DNA of 64,000 nt from Adineta vaga (GCA_021613535.1 CP075493.1:4588001-4652000), one strand, 5' to 3'. Numbered from the stretch's first letter, positions 13,794 through 26,024 are shown. The notes: generated from the sequence alone by a model not told the origin. Numbers and translations: made by a program.

Positions 13794-14918
13794 ATGAATA
13801 CTCAAGATAATGTAACTGAGACTGCAGTTGCATCAAATTTGGAACGTCATATTAAGTTTTATGTTTTGCTTATTTTACATATTCCATCACTTTGTTGTTC
13901 ATTTTTTCTGTAAGTAAACTTGTTGACGATAAAATCTAAAAGTCATAAATAATTGATTGATTCTAGTTTATACCATTTTAAATGGAAACGATTAGTTAGT
14001 CAGATCTTCGGTTTTCTTTTGATTATTAATTCCTTAATTATTCTCAGTGAATTACCATTTACACTCTTTCAATTGTATACAGGTCATTCTTTCAGTGTAG
14101 ATCTATGTTCACTATGGATTATAATTAACTATTCCTTATTTGTTTTAAGTATTTATGTAACAACATGGGCATCATTTGAACGTTATTTATTTATCTTTTA
14201 TGAACCGTTCATTAGTCGACATGGAATTCTATTACATTATACTCCGCTGGTACTTTTTAGTACATATACTCCGACATTTTATACCAGTATGGTGATATTT
14301 TATCCATGTCAACAAGCGTTTACTGATTACATTTATATTTGCGGTGGTCCATGCTATCTTTTCAATAATGTTTCATTTCTTTTGGATTGGAATATCAATG
14401 TAAATTTGATTGTAATAATCACTTGTATTATAAATATTGTAATAATTTTGAGAAATATTATTCAACGAGAGCGAATGAAAAAATCGATTATTACTGCAGG
14501 AAACAGACAACAATGGGTAGATTTTCTTTTTAAAAACGAAAGATTCATTTCTTTTTCTTCGTTTATTTAGCATCGTACAATAAAATTGAGTTGTCAACTA
14601 TTCGCACTATCATCGCTTTGTGGAATTGGTTGGATTCCATATGGAATCGTCTCTACAATACAAATATTATATAATACACCAACAATAACTTATATTCTTT
14701 CGAGATTTATCATTTATTTGCCTTATGCTCAAACACTGTTTTTACCTTATACTTGTATCTTGTTTATGCCAGATATGAAACGAAAAATTACAACAATATG
14801 GAAAGAATCAAATTGTTTTAAAATAAAATATCATCAAAATCGAGTACATGTTGATCTTATCAAACAAAATATTACATTGGGACGAATTAAAACACACTTG
14901 AATCAAAGAACGCTTTGA
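13794..14918 (+). CDS. Orphan rhodopsin-like 7TM receptor (3 exons)
   Basis: MNTQDNVTETAVASNLERHIKFYVLLILHIPSLCCSF..., then introns joining ORFs 13953-14570 and 14586-14918. WASFERY motif, CGGPCY loop, GWIPY in TM6. Confidence 0.75.
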
Positions 14919-16959
14919 AACATAAACTACTTATTTTACTTTCTTATTTAAATGACATTTGTTTTTGAAGAAAAAAAATCCTCGAGTATCGATTTACTCC
15001 CGGATTTATGAAACCGAAATTTCATGTCCAAATGCTTCAAGCTCATTTGGTTTGAATCTTTGATATATAACCCGAGAGTGTGGCCCGAAAATACTGTACG
15101 TATGCGATTTTCTGTTCTGTAAATTGCAAAACTTCTCGAGTTTAAAAAACGTACGAAATCCAATCGAAATGAATATTGTTCTTTCTTTCTTTCTTTTTAA
15201 TTCATTGCACAATAAATAGCAGAAAACATCTAGTATCATCATAGTTTTTGTATTATATTACATTTATTTGAAAATAGTAAATACAAAGGCAAGAATAACT
15301 TGGTAGCAGTTATTTCCGATATTTGTTTTATCAGCGTTGATTAATTTGAAAAATATCAACTTAGACACGCTTCACTTGGCATACTATCAAGAACATTTTT
15401 TCACAAATCTTTTTAAGAAACAAACTCTGCTTGTACCTATCAATTTAGTATATAGAACTATATAGTCACATTCATTCTTTCTTAATCGAAATAATTTCAT
15501 TAACTAAATCTATGTCATCAGCATCATCATTATCATTCGTTCAATTGGATTAAATTTCAATATAATTATCTTTAGTCGATATACTCATCGTTATAATTCC
15601 TGTAAACTTTATCTTTTAGCAACATCATGTTGTGCATTGATTGGTTTACATGTTACCATCATTCCGATGATCTACGAAGTAAAATATACAAATTTATTAA
15701 TAATATGTCCGTATTATTGTAAAATTACTTTCTATTTACGTCATCGATTCAATCAAATGATGCGAATATATATCGATATCACATTAATTTCGATTAGAAT
15801 TCAAGGAGTTGATTGTTAGATGATATACACGCATCAATGGTCAGTCATCATGAGTTTTCGATATAATTTAATTCTTTTGCATACTTTTTAAGAATATATC
15901 TTATCTTCATCTTGTTATGTCAGTCATTGTAGTGAAATAGAGCGTTCATGCAGATTGATATTGCTTGAGGTCGTTTCAAATATTAGACGTGTTTTATCTG
16001 GTTGGATAGTTTGACAAAAGAATGCATTGTTAATTTCGTTGATATAGATATCTTTTATGTGAAAGTGACGATTGTTTTTCATTTGATATTCATTTAACAA
16101 TGTTGAAAACGTTGCGGAACGATCACTTGTGTCATACTTGATTTAGTTAAAACATCTATTGTCAACATTCTTGTTTATTCCTACCTTCGAATCATGTGAA
16201 TATATAGTTTAATTGAAATAAATTAGATGACAAAAACTAGTATGTTAAATCTATTCTCTTATTCAATATCAAACATAATCAGAAGAAACAAATCCTGCAG
16301 TAGACGAGTCTATACAGTTCATTTCATGAACTCGATGATACTCTATTACATCAGTTGTTCTCAATGAGTCGACCTATTCTCCACCTATGATTGATAATTC
16401 AGTGAAAAACTCATAAACAGTGTCAATATTTCATTTGCATTCATGACACAAACACCCACACCCAAAGCAAATGTACCACTCATTCACAAAACGATCACGA
16501 TATCATGGAAGACTCTTTTAATCGAATTTCACCATACAAGTTATGCTATATTACTCATATGTCGTATACTGCAATACTGTTGAGAAAAGAAAACAATTTT
16601 CAATTTATGATGATGTAATGAATCTTTTTTTTTCCGTATATTTCATAAAAGTATGTTAATTAGTTTTCCACATTAAGATAGTTTCATTTAATTAACTGAA
16701 ATTTATAAATCTATAACCAGAATAATTTGAAAACTGTTTTTTTTCTTTCGTTCGTAATTGATCAGTATCATTTTCAGTATGTTTTTGTCTATGTTATGTG
16801 TAACATATTCAAACACATGTTAGTTATACTTCTTGCTTATATATTGTAGACCGATATTGATTGGGTGCATACGTGCCTCATGCTGTGCATTGATGCATAA
16901 CTAAGAAAACAAACGAAGTTTATAAAAAAAAAACACATAATTATTCAATAGTTGCAAAT

Positions 16960-17416
16960 ATGTACAATATGAATCTTTTTGGACAGATCCCTCAGAGTAA
17001 TTATGATTTTGTACTTCCACAAAATGGAAGTCTCTATGTGGAATTAGTTGATAATATGAGTCAATGTAAGCAATTTTAAGATTATGATTGAAGATATCTA
17101 TTTGTTTATTTCTTTGCTAGATCATCATGCTTTATATAATCCATTACCTGCGAGTGGCGTAGATCTTGGTTATGCAAATATGTCTGCACCTCAACAGTTT
17201 TATGGAAATATGAATGCACCTCAACAGTTTTATGGAAATATGAATGCACCTCAACAACCTTATGAAAATCCACGCGTCTCATTTGGTACAATGCGTTTCG
17301 GTCCATCCTATACTATTATAGGACCGCATCCACCAGAAATTCCACCTGGTGCTGGCATATATGATCCTAATTTAGTTGTACCTGGTGCACCTAGTTTTCA
17401 TATTGGAATCTATTAA
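16960..17416 (+). CDS. Small Pro/Gly/Gln/Asn/Tyr-rich protein with internal 10-aa repeats
   Basis: ATG 16960; GT-AG intron 17066-17120 joins into ORF 17084-17416. Repeats (Y)ANMSAPQQF-YGNMNAPQQF-YGNMNAPQQP. Confidence 0.55.
17169..17268 (+). repeat. 30-bp coding tandem repeat, about 3 copies
   Basis: Unit ttatggaaatatgaatgcacctcaacagtt repeated with minor variation. Confidence 0.85.
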
Positions 17417-17948
17417 ATCCAGGAAACTAAACTTTTCGTCGTTTTGTTTTTTTGTAATTTACAACAGATGAACAATGATAAACTTGAAAGTCATGAATAT
17501 TCTTACAATATATGAATCGAATGAAACTTTCTTCTGATTTGTATTGAAAAAAAAAAGTTGGAAGTCATGTGATACGCATGAGGATTAATATAAAAGTAGT
17601 GGTGTTTCATTGGCGATAACCTGGGTTACAAATTATCTCCCACCTACTCTATACCTCTTACGAAAACTCATGAGTTTCGGACCTCCAATTTTCTATTTTT
17701 TCTTTTCATCCATTTAAATTGAGTGATGGTTGAAATGGTGCAATACCAAACATTGAAGTCTTTCCTTGCATTGAAGAAACTATATATGATGAAGTTTTTC
17801 CTCATGTCAATATACAATAACGCAAAAGAAAGAGAAAAAAAGAAGTGTCCGCTGTTAGTTTTGAACCCTTGTAGATTGTTTTGTTAGAAAATAAACAAAT
17901 GTTGATAACTATTGACAGTTTATTTAGAATTTTTCAATTGTATTTCGA

Positions 17949-19412
17949 TTAGTTAACAGTATGACCTGCATGTTCAATTGATCCATGGATATTATCAATT
18001 TTCGTTGCACCTATAACTTTTACAGTGATTTCAATAGATCGTGCTTCACGATCACATGGTAAAAAGCCTAACGCCTTTATATAATCACCATTGATTTCGA
18101 ATTTCGATAGTACTTGTATTTCTAAATGAATCGAAGAGAAAAACAACCTATGAGTATTTTAATCGCTAGATTGCTATTATATTTATACATACCATTTCGA
18201 AGTTCGTAATCTATACTATCTAATACTTTTACAGATATTCTCACTTTTGCTGATTCTGGTGTGGCTTCTAACGATAAAACAAAATGAACACCTCCTTGTC
18301 GTATCATATTTGAATATTTTATTACATCAATACGTTGCCACATAGTCAACTGTGTACCATTACCACGCACTTCAAATGACCATTCGCCGTATGTTTCATT
18401 AGTTTTATTCGTATTTCGTATAGCAGTGATATTTGTTCGACTTGTTAATTGCCATCCATATGTTGAACCAAGTTCTGCATCACCATTAACGATAATATTT
18501 GGAGCTCGACCAAGTGTTTTTCCATCAGGAAGAATAGCATCAGCTAAAGTCAAAATTTCTTCATTGATTTGTTTATTCGACAAATCACAATCAGTCAGAT
18601 TAGCAAATGAAAAATCAACGAAACGAAGATAAGCTTCGGAGAATTTTGTATTATGCAAATTAGCTGATACAAATTCAGCAGATAAGAGTGATGCGCCTAA
18701 AACAAATTCATATAATATCTAAGTCAAACATCATTGACATGAAGAACTCACCTGCAAATGAAGCATTATTCATTTGTGTAAAACGAAAATCTGCAAAACG
18801 TAATTCTCGATTTCTAAAGGATGCATTGACTAATGATGTACCTGGTAATGCTAAATGTAATAGATAGGAACGAAAACGCCAGTCTTGTTCAACATCTAAA
18901 TTGATTCCATCTAAATTAGCACCTTCTAAACTAATCGGATCATTTCCTCTACTCAATAAACCCGAATGAAATAAAAATAAAACGATAGCGGCTTTCCTAT
19001 TTGCATCTAGTTGTCGAAGAACAGTTAATGTTTGTGGTCGAATAATATATTCTCGAACAATACGTGTTAATGTAAAATTGAACGATAATAATAACTGAGA
19101 TATCTCACGTATATAATCATCAAGTAAAGTATCTTGTCGTAATTGATCAGCTATTGTTTGTTCTTGTTGACGTTGTCGACTACTTAAATCACGATCTTGT
19201 TCTCGAGTTTTATTTGATAAGAATAAATCTTGTTCACGTTGCTTTTGAGCAAGATCAATATCATTTTCACGATTCGCTTTATTCAATTCATTCTGTTGAA
19301 TTGTTATGAAAATGGTAGCTACTGCAATTACTAATGGAATGACTATTGCAGAAATAATCTGGAATAGTTTTTCACCATTTAAACGATTATTAGAAGAATT
19401 TGGTTTCACCAT
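17949..19412 (-). CDS. Membrane-anchored pentapeptide-repeat protein with C-terminal FBA/galactose-binding-like domain (3 exons)
   Basis: N-terminal TM (IISAIVIPLVIAVATIFITI); Q/R-rich coil; A(D/N)Lxx pentapeptides (GANLDGINL, ADFRFTQMNNASF, ANLHNTKFSEAYL, ANLTDCDL); NIIVNGDAELG..GW motif. Introns 18697-18751 and 18122-18192. Confidence 0.75.
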
Positions 19413-20297
19413 TCGATTCCTTTTTTTTGTTATTAAAATATTTGATTATTGTATCGAACGATCATGTTCTTAGTTAAAATATATCATTCGATGTCATCGT
19501 CATAAGTAATATAATATTCTCATTTTGTTTGTCTATTGCGAAAGAAATAACTAATCTACATACAAAAACTTGACATATATTTTCGTTCTTGCCACTGGTT
19601 TGTTGTACGCAGCCATGGCAAAGGTATACATACATCTTTTTGAGTTGCTCTTTGAATAGTAGTACCCTGATATTTCACGTCACATTGCCTCTACAGCAAG
19701 TAATGAACAATAAAAGATATGTGCGACTATGAAACACAATTTAATAAAAAGAGATTCGATTTCAAACTAGACTTTGATGGAATACCATCTAAATACTCCT
19801 ACACTGTTCCATGATAATCAGATATACTGATTATAGAATAACTCCATCATTTCAGACTTACGCAAAGGTTACACATAGAATTCTTTAGATCTAATTGAAT
19901 CAATTCATCGGCCAATTATCTTATATCTTTTTGAGCAATGAAGAATATCGATATTCATAAGTATGACGAAAAAAAAAACATTTTCTTTCGTTTTATATTA
20001 ATGATTTACATGATGACACTTTCAATCTCAATAAAGAATAACTAGAAAAATGTATTGATTATGTACATAACCAAATATTCTTTTCTATTGGAACGAAAAT
20101 TGCAATTGTATGTTTTTGCTACACAAACAAGCAATCATTCACAACTATTTCTTGTCTTCTGCACCGCACGCCATCAAGAAATACCAACGTTTGCTTTTCA
20201 TATAGGTAATCACATGCAAATTTCTTTTTGTTGACGACAAAAAAAGAAAGAGACGAAAGTAAAAAATAGAAATTTTTTAGAAGATAATTCGTCGAGG

Positions 20298-20564
20298 ATG
20301 ATCCCACCGATCTTGCAAAAGCTTCTTCCGGTTTTAAGCTTTGTCATTGCATCAGCAGCATTGGGTTTTCAAGTGACTGTTCTCTATCCATGGCATCATC
20401 AATTAGAAAAAGATTTTAGTGGTTTATCAAATCAACAGAAAACCAAATTACATGAATATCATGAAGTGAGAATGCAAAATATCAAGAATATTGAGATGTA
20501 TTTGAGTAAACTCAATTTGGAACAGTATGAAAACGAAGTAGATAGTCGAGAAGGTAAAATGTAG
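20298..20564 (+). CDS. 88-aa single-TM plus coiled-coil protein, fungal-type FQVxVLYPWH family (copy A)
   Basis: Intronless ORF; ALGFQVTVLYPWHHQLEKDF motif; about 70% aa identity (62/88 by eye) to copy B at 28241. Confidence 0.8.
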   Translation: MIPPILQKLLPVLSFVIASAALGFQVTVLYPWHHQLEKDFSGLSNQQKTKLHEYHEVRMQNIKNIEMYLSKLNLEQYENEVDSREGKM

Positions 20565-20992
20565 AGAGACTATGTCAGCAATATTATTGTTTGATGGTAA
20601 TCTTTTTTTTTTAAATAAAAGCATATTAACAATGAATGAGATAATGAACATTGCATTGATTCAGACTTTAAAGTAAATGGTATAACTATGCGTCAGATAT
20701 TTCTATTCAAGGTCAATCGAATATTTAGTATACAATTACTTGTTTATGTTCTATTCAAAATCGATAGAATTTATATATAGTTGACCTTGTATGACATGAA
20801 AACACAATTATTTTCTCCTTAGAAATTAAAATCTGAAGAGAAAAATATTATTTGCTAGAATAAAAATAAAAATACATAAGAGAGAGAGATGGTGGGTAGA
20901 TAACTACTGAATGTGTCAAATTTTTGCAGTCTTTGATTGAATGAATTGATTGAAGATATAGTACATCGACATGATCAACATACTAATCTCAA

Positions 20993-21257
20993 TTAATCTC
21001 GACGTTTATAACTGGGTGCTTTTGTTACTATATCATTACCATCTGTGACGCACACGACACGATATGGATCATACATTCGATTTTCTATACCATTTGGTGC
21101 ATTGTAAGGATTTAAATCTATCGAAAAAGAATCGAAATCAAATGATAACTACGACTTTCTTGTAATTATTCTTACTGTTATCATATTGGCGAATAGCTGT
21201 CGATGCTTCTTCAAATGTTTTTCCAACTAATTCAGGCCATTCTTTGTTTCCCGACAT
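20993..21257 (-). CDS. Potato inhibitor I family (I13, CI-2/eglin-like) serine protease inhibitor, copy 1
   Basis: Spliced (intron 21118-21175): MSGNKEWPELVGKTFEEASTAIRQYDNNLNPYNAPNGIENRMYDPYRVVCVTDGNDIVTKAPSYKRRD*. Hallmarks WPELVG and DxxRV...V..P. Confidence 0.85.
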
Positions 21258-21664
21258 TATTTTATGTTAATAAAAGAAAATGCTCGTATTTGTTGTACGC
21301 TTTAATAAAAACTTTCACTATTTTATGTCTACGTGTCCTTGTTCTATGCAATGCTTTATATTTAATAGTATTAGTCTGATTTTTTTTTCTTCTTTTCTCT
21401 TTGAAAAATGAAGAGGCGAGAAAGAGAAAAGAAATAAATACTTGATATATCCCTATCGTTCGTTTACGAATAGAAAAACAAAACTGTCAACATAGAGAAA
21501 GAATGTAAAAGTTAACTTCTTGAAAATGTATGCATTTATCTGCATATTCAAACTTTGCATGTATATTTACTTTAAAAATATAAGTAGAAGATAATTTATC
21601 AAAACAAATATGAATTAGTAATTGAAAAGTATCTTTAAATTCTGTGTTTGGAAATAAATTTGCT

Positions 21665-21920
21665 TTAATGATATCTATATTGTGGTGGAATAGTTACAAC
21701 ATCAGCTTCATTTGTTATGCATACAACACGTTTCGGATCGAACATTCGATTTTCCATACCATTTCTTGCATTGTAAGGATGTAGACCTATGAATACAGTA
21801 GAAAAAAAAGAAGCTTTCAATTCAATAATAATTTTTACTATGATCAAATGCAAGAATTGCATAGGATGCTTCGGCAAATGTTCGTCCAACTAATTCTGGC
21901 CATACTTTATTTCCGGACAT
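21665..21920 (-). CDS. Potato inhibitor I family serine protease inhibitor, copy 2
   Basis: Spliced (intron 21787-21838, same position as copy 1): MSGNKVWPELVGRTFAEASYAILAFDHSLHPYNARNGMENRMFDPKRVVCITNEADVVTIPPQYRYH*. Confidence 0.85.
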
Positions 21921-22347
21921 TATTTCAAGTGTATAGTTAAGAAAAACAAGGTAAACGTTGATATAATATGATACTTTTCAAATGTATTTTTGTCGTATGT
22001 AATCGATATAGAGTCACATGCGTTCTTCGTATTCGAAAAAGTAAAGAAAAGAATAAATATTAACATCCTCTCGTTTGACTTGTCTAACCATTACTCTACC
22101 AACAAAAAGTGTAGGATCAACTTGTTGTTTTTTAATCTAAGTATCGTTTATGTATCGAATAGATGGGTAATCATATATTTACCTCTCATGGTGACTCACG
22201 GAACGTCAGAAAAACGAAAAGAAATCATTCATCATGTGATATATCTAAGAAAATATTTATCATAAATAATCTGATCAGACATTGAAGGATATTTACAATC
22301 TTTTCGAGTTAATTTTATTCAAAAATAAATGAGAAAATGTAAACTTT

Positions 22348-22660
22348 TTATATCAAAGTTATTTTCCAGTATTCACCACTATATTTTGCATACGTGAATT
22401 CGTTTCTACATGCAACACTATCTTGATACTTTAGGTGTTAGAAAGCAGCATATGACTGCAGCATTTTCTACACTTTCTGTCACACTAGAAAGATAGAGCA
22501 CATTAAATCATTTCTATAGTTCAATTTACCTTATGCTTAGATGACCTTTCATTTCACCCTGTGTGTCGATCCATAATGGAATATCATGTGGACGAAGACA
22601 TCGATAAACAGCAGGTACAATTGCTTGACTATTCCATTGATATGATAACATAACATGACT
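22348..22660 (-). pseudogene. TIR (TIR_2-type) domain gene relic
   Basis: HVMLSYQWNSQAIVPAVYRCLRPHDIPLWIDTQGEMKGHLSI|SVTESVENAAVICCFLTPK, then +1 frameshift to YQDSVACRNEFTYAK. Intron 22485-22529; no clear start. Confidence 0.7.
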
Positions 22661-22905
22661 CTATTGGGATTTCAATATGTCATTTCATCATATACAATTT
22701 TTGTTCAAGTTAAGAGATCTTCTCATCTTAGATCCATGTATTAGTCTGACAAGAGTGATGTACGAAAATCAAAATTTGAAGATAATTTACTGTGAAACAA
22801 TATTTCATGCATTGAAAGAGAACAAAAATTCGAATGAAATGAAAACGAGGTGAGAAGAGTGAATTCATATCGATGAAACTTGAGGTGGAAGTTTGTTCTA
22901 ATTTA

Positions 22906-25197
22906 TTAAGATAGTGTAGATAGTTTAGGATTAAATTCAAAAGCGAGCCAAATGTCAAATGATTGGTCCGATGGCGAAATATAGTTAGACCATTTTGGCC
23001 AAGATCTTTGCAAATGTGTTTTTGTTATGTTAACTTGTGCAGCTGATTGCCATTTATGCCAAGGATATACGACGGTACCATTTTCACGTAATACAGGTTG
23101 TTTATGTTTATCAATATCCCATAGAGGACCATGCTCATATAATGACGGAACATCTAATTGAATAAATTTGGAATCTGATGTTGTAAGTGGATCGTAAGAT
23201 TCGTTGGAATCTTCAAGATATTGCATACCACTTTTCTTATTTCCATTAATGATACAGGCATGAACCTCACAAAAACGATCCGTTGCGTGATTATGTACAC
23301 CAGCATTTACACCTTTTCCTGCAGCCCATAGTTGAATATGACATAAATGTTCATTATTATCATCAAAATTGATATTAACACCCTTGAGATTGTAAAATTC
23401 TAAATCTTGAAAGTTTTCCTTTCCCCATTCGAGTTGATCAACTCGAACAAATTTGAAATCAAATTGACGAGCCTCGTTTGAATACTGTTCAGGTAATATG
23501 TTTTCCGTGATAATCTTTTGAATATTATCAAATTGAGGAATATCACTGATACCGTCCGGCATTTGTAAAACAATAAAAACAGCACCTTCATCATTTGTTT
23601 TAATTTTATCATCATCGCTTTGTATTTTAAGTGAACAAATACTTTTGGGTTCACATAAAAACTGACGGGCATATTTTGTCGAAGAATTTGTCCAACTTAA
23701 AATTCCCCATAGAACCTTAATATAAGTATTTTTGTTGATTTGTCGTGAACTATTAGGTGGTAAGATTTCTAATGATAAAGTTATATTTCCTATTTTTAAG
23801 AATGGCAATACTTGATATTGAATTGCTTGATTTGGTCTTGGAACAGTGACTACAAGTTCATCATGTTCTTTTGTTACTTGTAATTGTTTTCGATTTTCTA
23901 ATTTTTTCCGATTGAATCGATTATAGAAAATATTCAATGAAGAATCTTCTGCCATATGATAGCCAGGTACATAATAACTAATAGTGGCAAAATCTAATAA
24001 ACCATCATAATCAAAGTCTGCAATAGCAATTCTAGCAGCAGATTGATCACTAACTTTCCATTTAGCAAATAAACCACGAGAAAGATCGATTGCTTTGTAA
24101 TAGTAAACACCTTCATTAGGTGCTGGTCCACGAAGTGCAACTAAGAATTCATCATCACCATCATTATCCAAATCAGCACAAACGATATAATGACTTGGAC
24201 CTTCACCATTTTGATTAGGATATCCATATATATCTAAAATATATCTTTCCCAACGAATTTGTGTTAATGAATTATTGATATTCTTTATGTAAACAGCAAC
24301 AACGTTTCCATGAAATGGTTCCAATGCAGCAATGTAAGCAAAAGAATCATTTCCAATTTTTCCAATATCGACACCACCACTACCATAAAAGTTCGTTTGT
24401 TGTTTATCTTCTTGTTCACCATCAGAAATATGTTCAATGATCCATTTGGAAGATTTCGGATGATAGGAAAGCCAATTGAGTCCTTCACGTGATGCAATAA
24501 GAAGACTATCTAATGAATTTGTATGGAATTTTTTTGCATCATGAATTATATGAAAATAATCTTTATTAATTATTTCACGTTTCCATACTGTAGCATTTAA
24601 CACATTATCAGGTTGTCGAAATAATAATACAGGTACTGGAACATCGAATGGTCCATTAACAAGAGGTAGACCAATAACTTCCCAACGTTCGTTTTGAGTA
24701 AAATGACCAATTTTAAGTCGATGCATTGTTGGTGATTTACCAACATAATGTTGTTTCCAATGTTCTTTACTTACGTTTTGTCCTGGATTTTCTAACCATA
24801 CAATATGTCCTCCATTTGGATTAAAATCCGTCATTGTGTTACCATAGTCAAAGCAAATAATAATATCCTTTAAACCATTTCCAGTAATATCAGCTTGATC
24901 TATAGCTACGGGACTGAGTAATTTTTGAATGTGAATCGGTTCGATATTTCCTATAGTTGCACTTGGATTTGGATAGAGCTTGATTTCTCCATGTCTAAGT
25001 CCATATGCTATAAAACCAATAGGCGTATGATTATTCGATTGAAAAGCTTCAATCCAATATCCATCTTGAATATCATCATCAATAGTTTGTCTTTCAAACG
25101 AAGGATTGTAACTTCCTTTATCATTGTAATGCAACGCAACATGTAACGGGAGTAAAAGAAAACATAAATTTAACAAATAATGCCTGATATTCATCAT
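22906..25197 (-). CDS. Aldos-2-ulose dehydratase/isomerase (AUDH)-like: beta-propeller plus cupin, predicted signal peptide
   Basis: Intronless ~763 aa from MMNIRHYLLNLCFLLLPLHVALH. Propeller motifs DGYWIEAF, ADITGNGLKD, WLENPG, MHRLKIGHF, EPFHGN, ADLDNDGDDEFLVALRGP, DFATISYYVPGY. Cupin motifs GVHNH, FCEVHACIING, YEHGPLW, VVYPWHKWQ, WLAFEF, as I recall from fungal AUDH. Confidence 0.85.
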   Translation of the reverse strand: MMNIRHYLLNLCFLLLPLHVALHYNDKGSYNPSFERQTIDDDIQDGYWIEAFQSNNHTPIGFIAYGLRHGEIKLYPNPSATIGNIEPIHIQKLLSPVAIDQADITGNGLKDIIICFDYGNTMTDFNPNGGHIVWLENPGQNVSKEHWKQHYVGKSPTMHRLKIGHFTQNERWEVIGLPLVNGPFDVPVPVLLFRQPDNVLNATVWKREIINKDYFHIIHDAKKFHTNSLDSLLIASREGLNWLSYHPKSSKWIIEHISDGEQEDKQQTNFYGSGGVDIGKIGNDSFAYIAALEPFHGNVVAVYIKNINNSLTQIRWERYILDIYGYPNQNGEGPSHYIVCADLDNDGDDEFLVALRGPAPNEGVYYYKAIDLSRGLFAKWKVSDQSAARIAIADFDYDGLLDFATISYYVPGYHMAEDSSLNIFYNRFNRKKLENRKQLQVTKEHDELVVTVPRPNQAIQYQVLPFLKIGNITLSLEILPPNSSRQINKNTYIKVLWGILSWTNSSTKYARQFLCEPKSICSLKIQSDDDKIKTNDEGAVFIVLQMPDGISDIPQFDNIQKIITENILPEQYSNEARQFDFKFVRVDQLEWGKENFQDLEFYNLKGVNINFDDNNEHLCHIQLWAAGKGVNAGVHNHATDRFCEVHACIINGNKKSGMQYLEDSNESYDPLTTSDSKFIQLDVPSLYEHGPLWDIDKHKQPVLRENGTVVYPWHKWQSAAQVNITKTHLQRSWPKWSNYISPSDQSFDIWLAFEFNPKLSTLS

Positions 25198-26024
25198 ATA
25201 AGATGAAAAACAAACTGATTGTAACAAGAGAACGACATGATTACAGTTTGAATGTAATTCAAATTTATACAAAATAGCAGTTCCTCAAATGAAATAACAT
25301 ATTCTGATGCCTGACATTTAATCACTTCCAGAATTCTTAAGCCGTCATAGATTGAGAACTATTTAGAATATCGCTTTGTCCTCTTTTGATATTTACAAAG
25401 GATTCATATGATATTCACAGACATCTACAGACTAAATCATACTGTACATAGACTCAATAAAATTTGAATGAAAGAATGCATTTCAATCACATCATGATAC
25501 CAGATGATTTATTAAAATATAAAAGATACTGTCTCATAATTGCAAATCAGTCTATCACTCTCAATAATACCAACAATTAAATATCATTGTATCACGGCTA
25601 CCATCTATAGAAAATCAGTATGTATGAAAATATGAACATTGATTATGTTTCTTTCGAGTCTAAAATCCAGATTTTATTCGACGGAGAACTATTCTTGAAA
25701 TTAAAGTTCACTTGCCACAGTCATATTTTCGGTTTCAGAGCCATACTATGACCTGTAGTCTTCATCATCATAGAAAAAAACCACAATCTTATTAATAAAC
25801 GGAAGTATCATCGATGGCAAATAGTAAATCTAAAATCATAGTTTAACAATGAAAGCATTCGATACATCTATGAACTTTATTTACGAATTAACATTGAAAA
25901 AATGTTTTCGGAAGTGGTTTAGGTATGACACAAACGTCAATAGATGCGACGTGCAAAATGACGTCATTGTATCTTATCTATAAAAAGAAGATAGATAATT
26001 CGGTTCGAATCAATAAGTATACGA

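Noticed and set aside
14980-15145. Slightly GC-richer stretch bounded by CTCGAG sites, possible MITE
   Set aside because: No convincing terminal inverted repeat or target-site duplication beyond the 6-mer.
15500-16600. Possible decayed F-box or 7TM gene fragments
   Set aside because: Only vague similarity with many stops; no supportable model.
17169-17268. 30-bp repeats as a mini-CRISPR
   Set aside because: The units are contiguous without unique spacers and keep a reading frame; it is a coding tandem repeat.
22985-23045. Possible in-frame intron near the AUDH C-terminus (AAQVNITKTHLQRSWPKWSNYISP)
   Set aside because: It looks like an insertion relative to the motif spacing I recall, but I found no convincing donor/acceptor pair; cDNA is needed.
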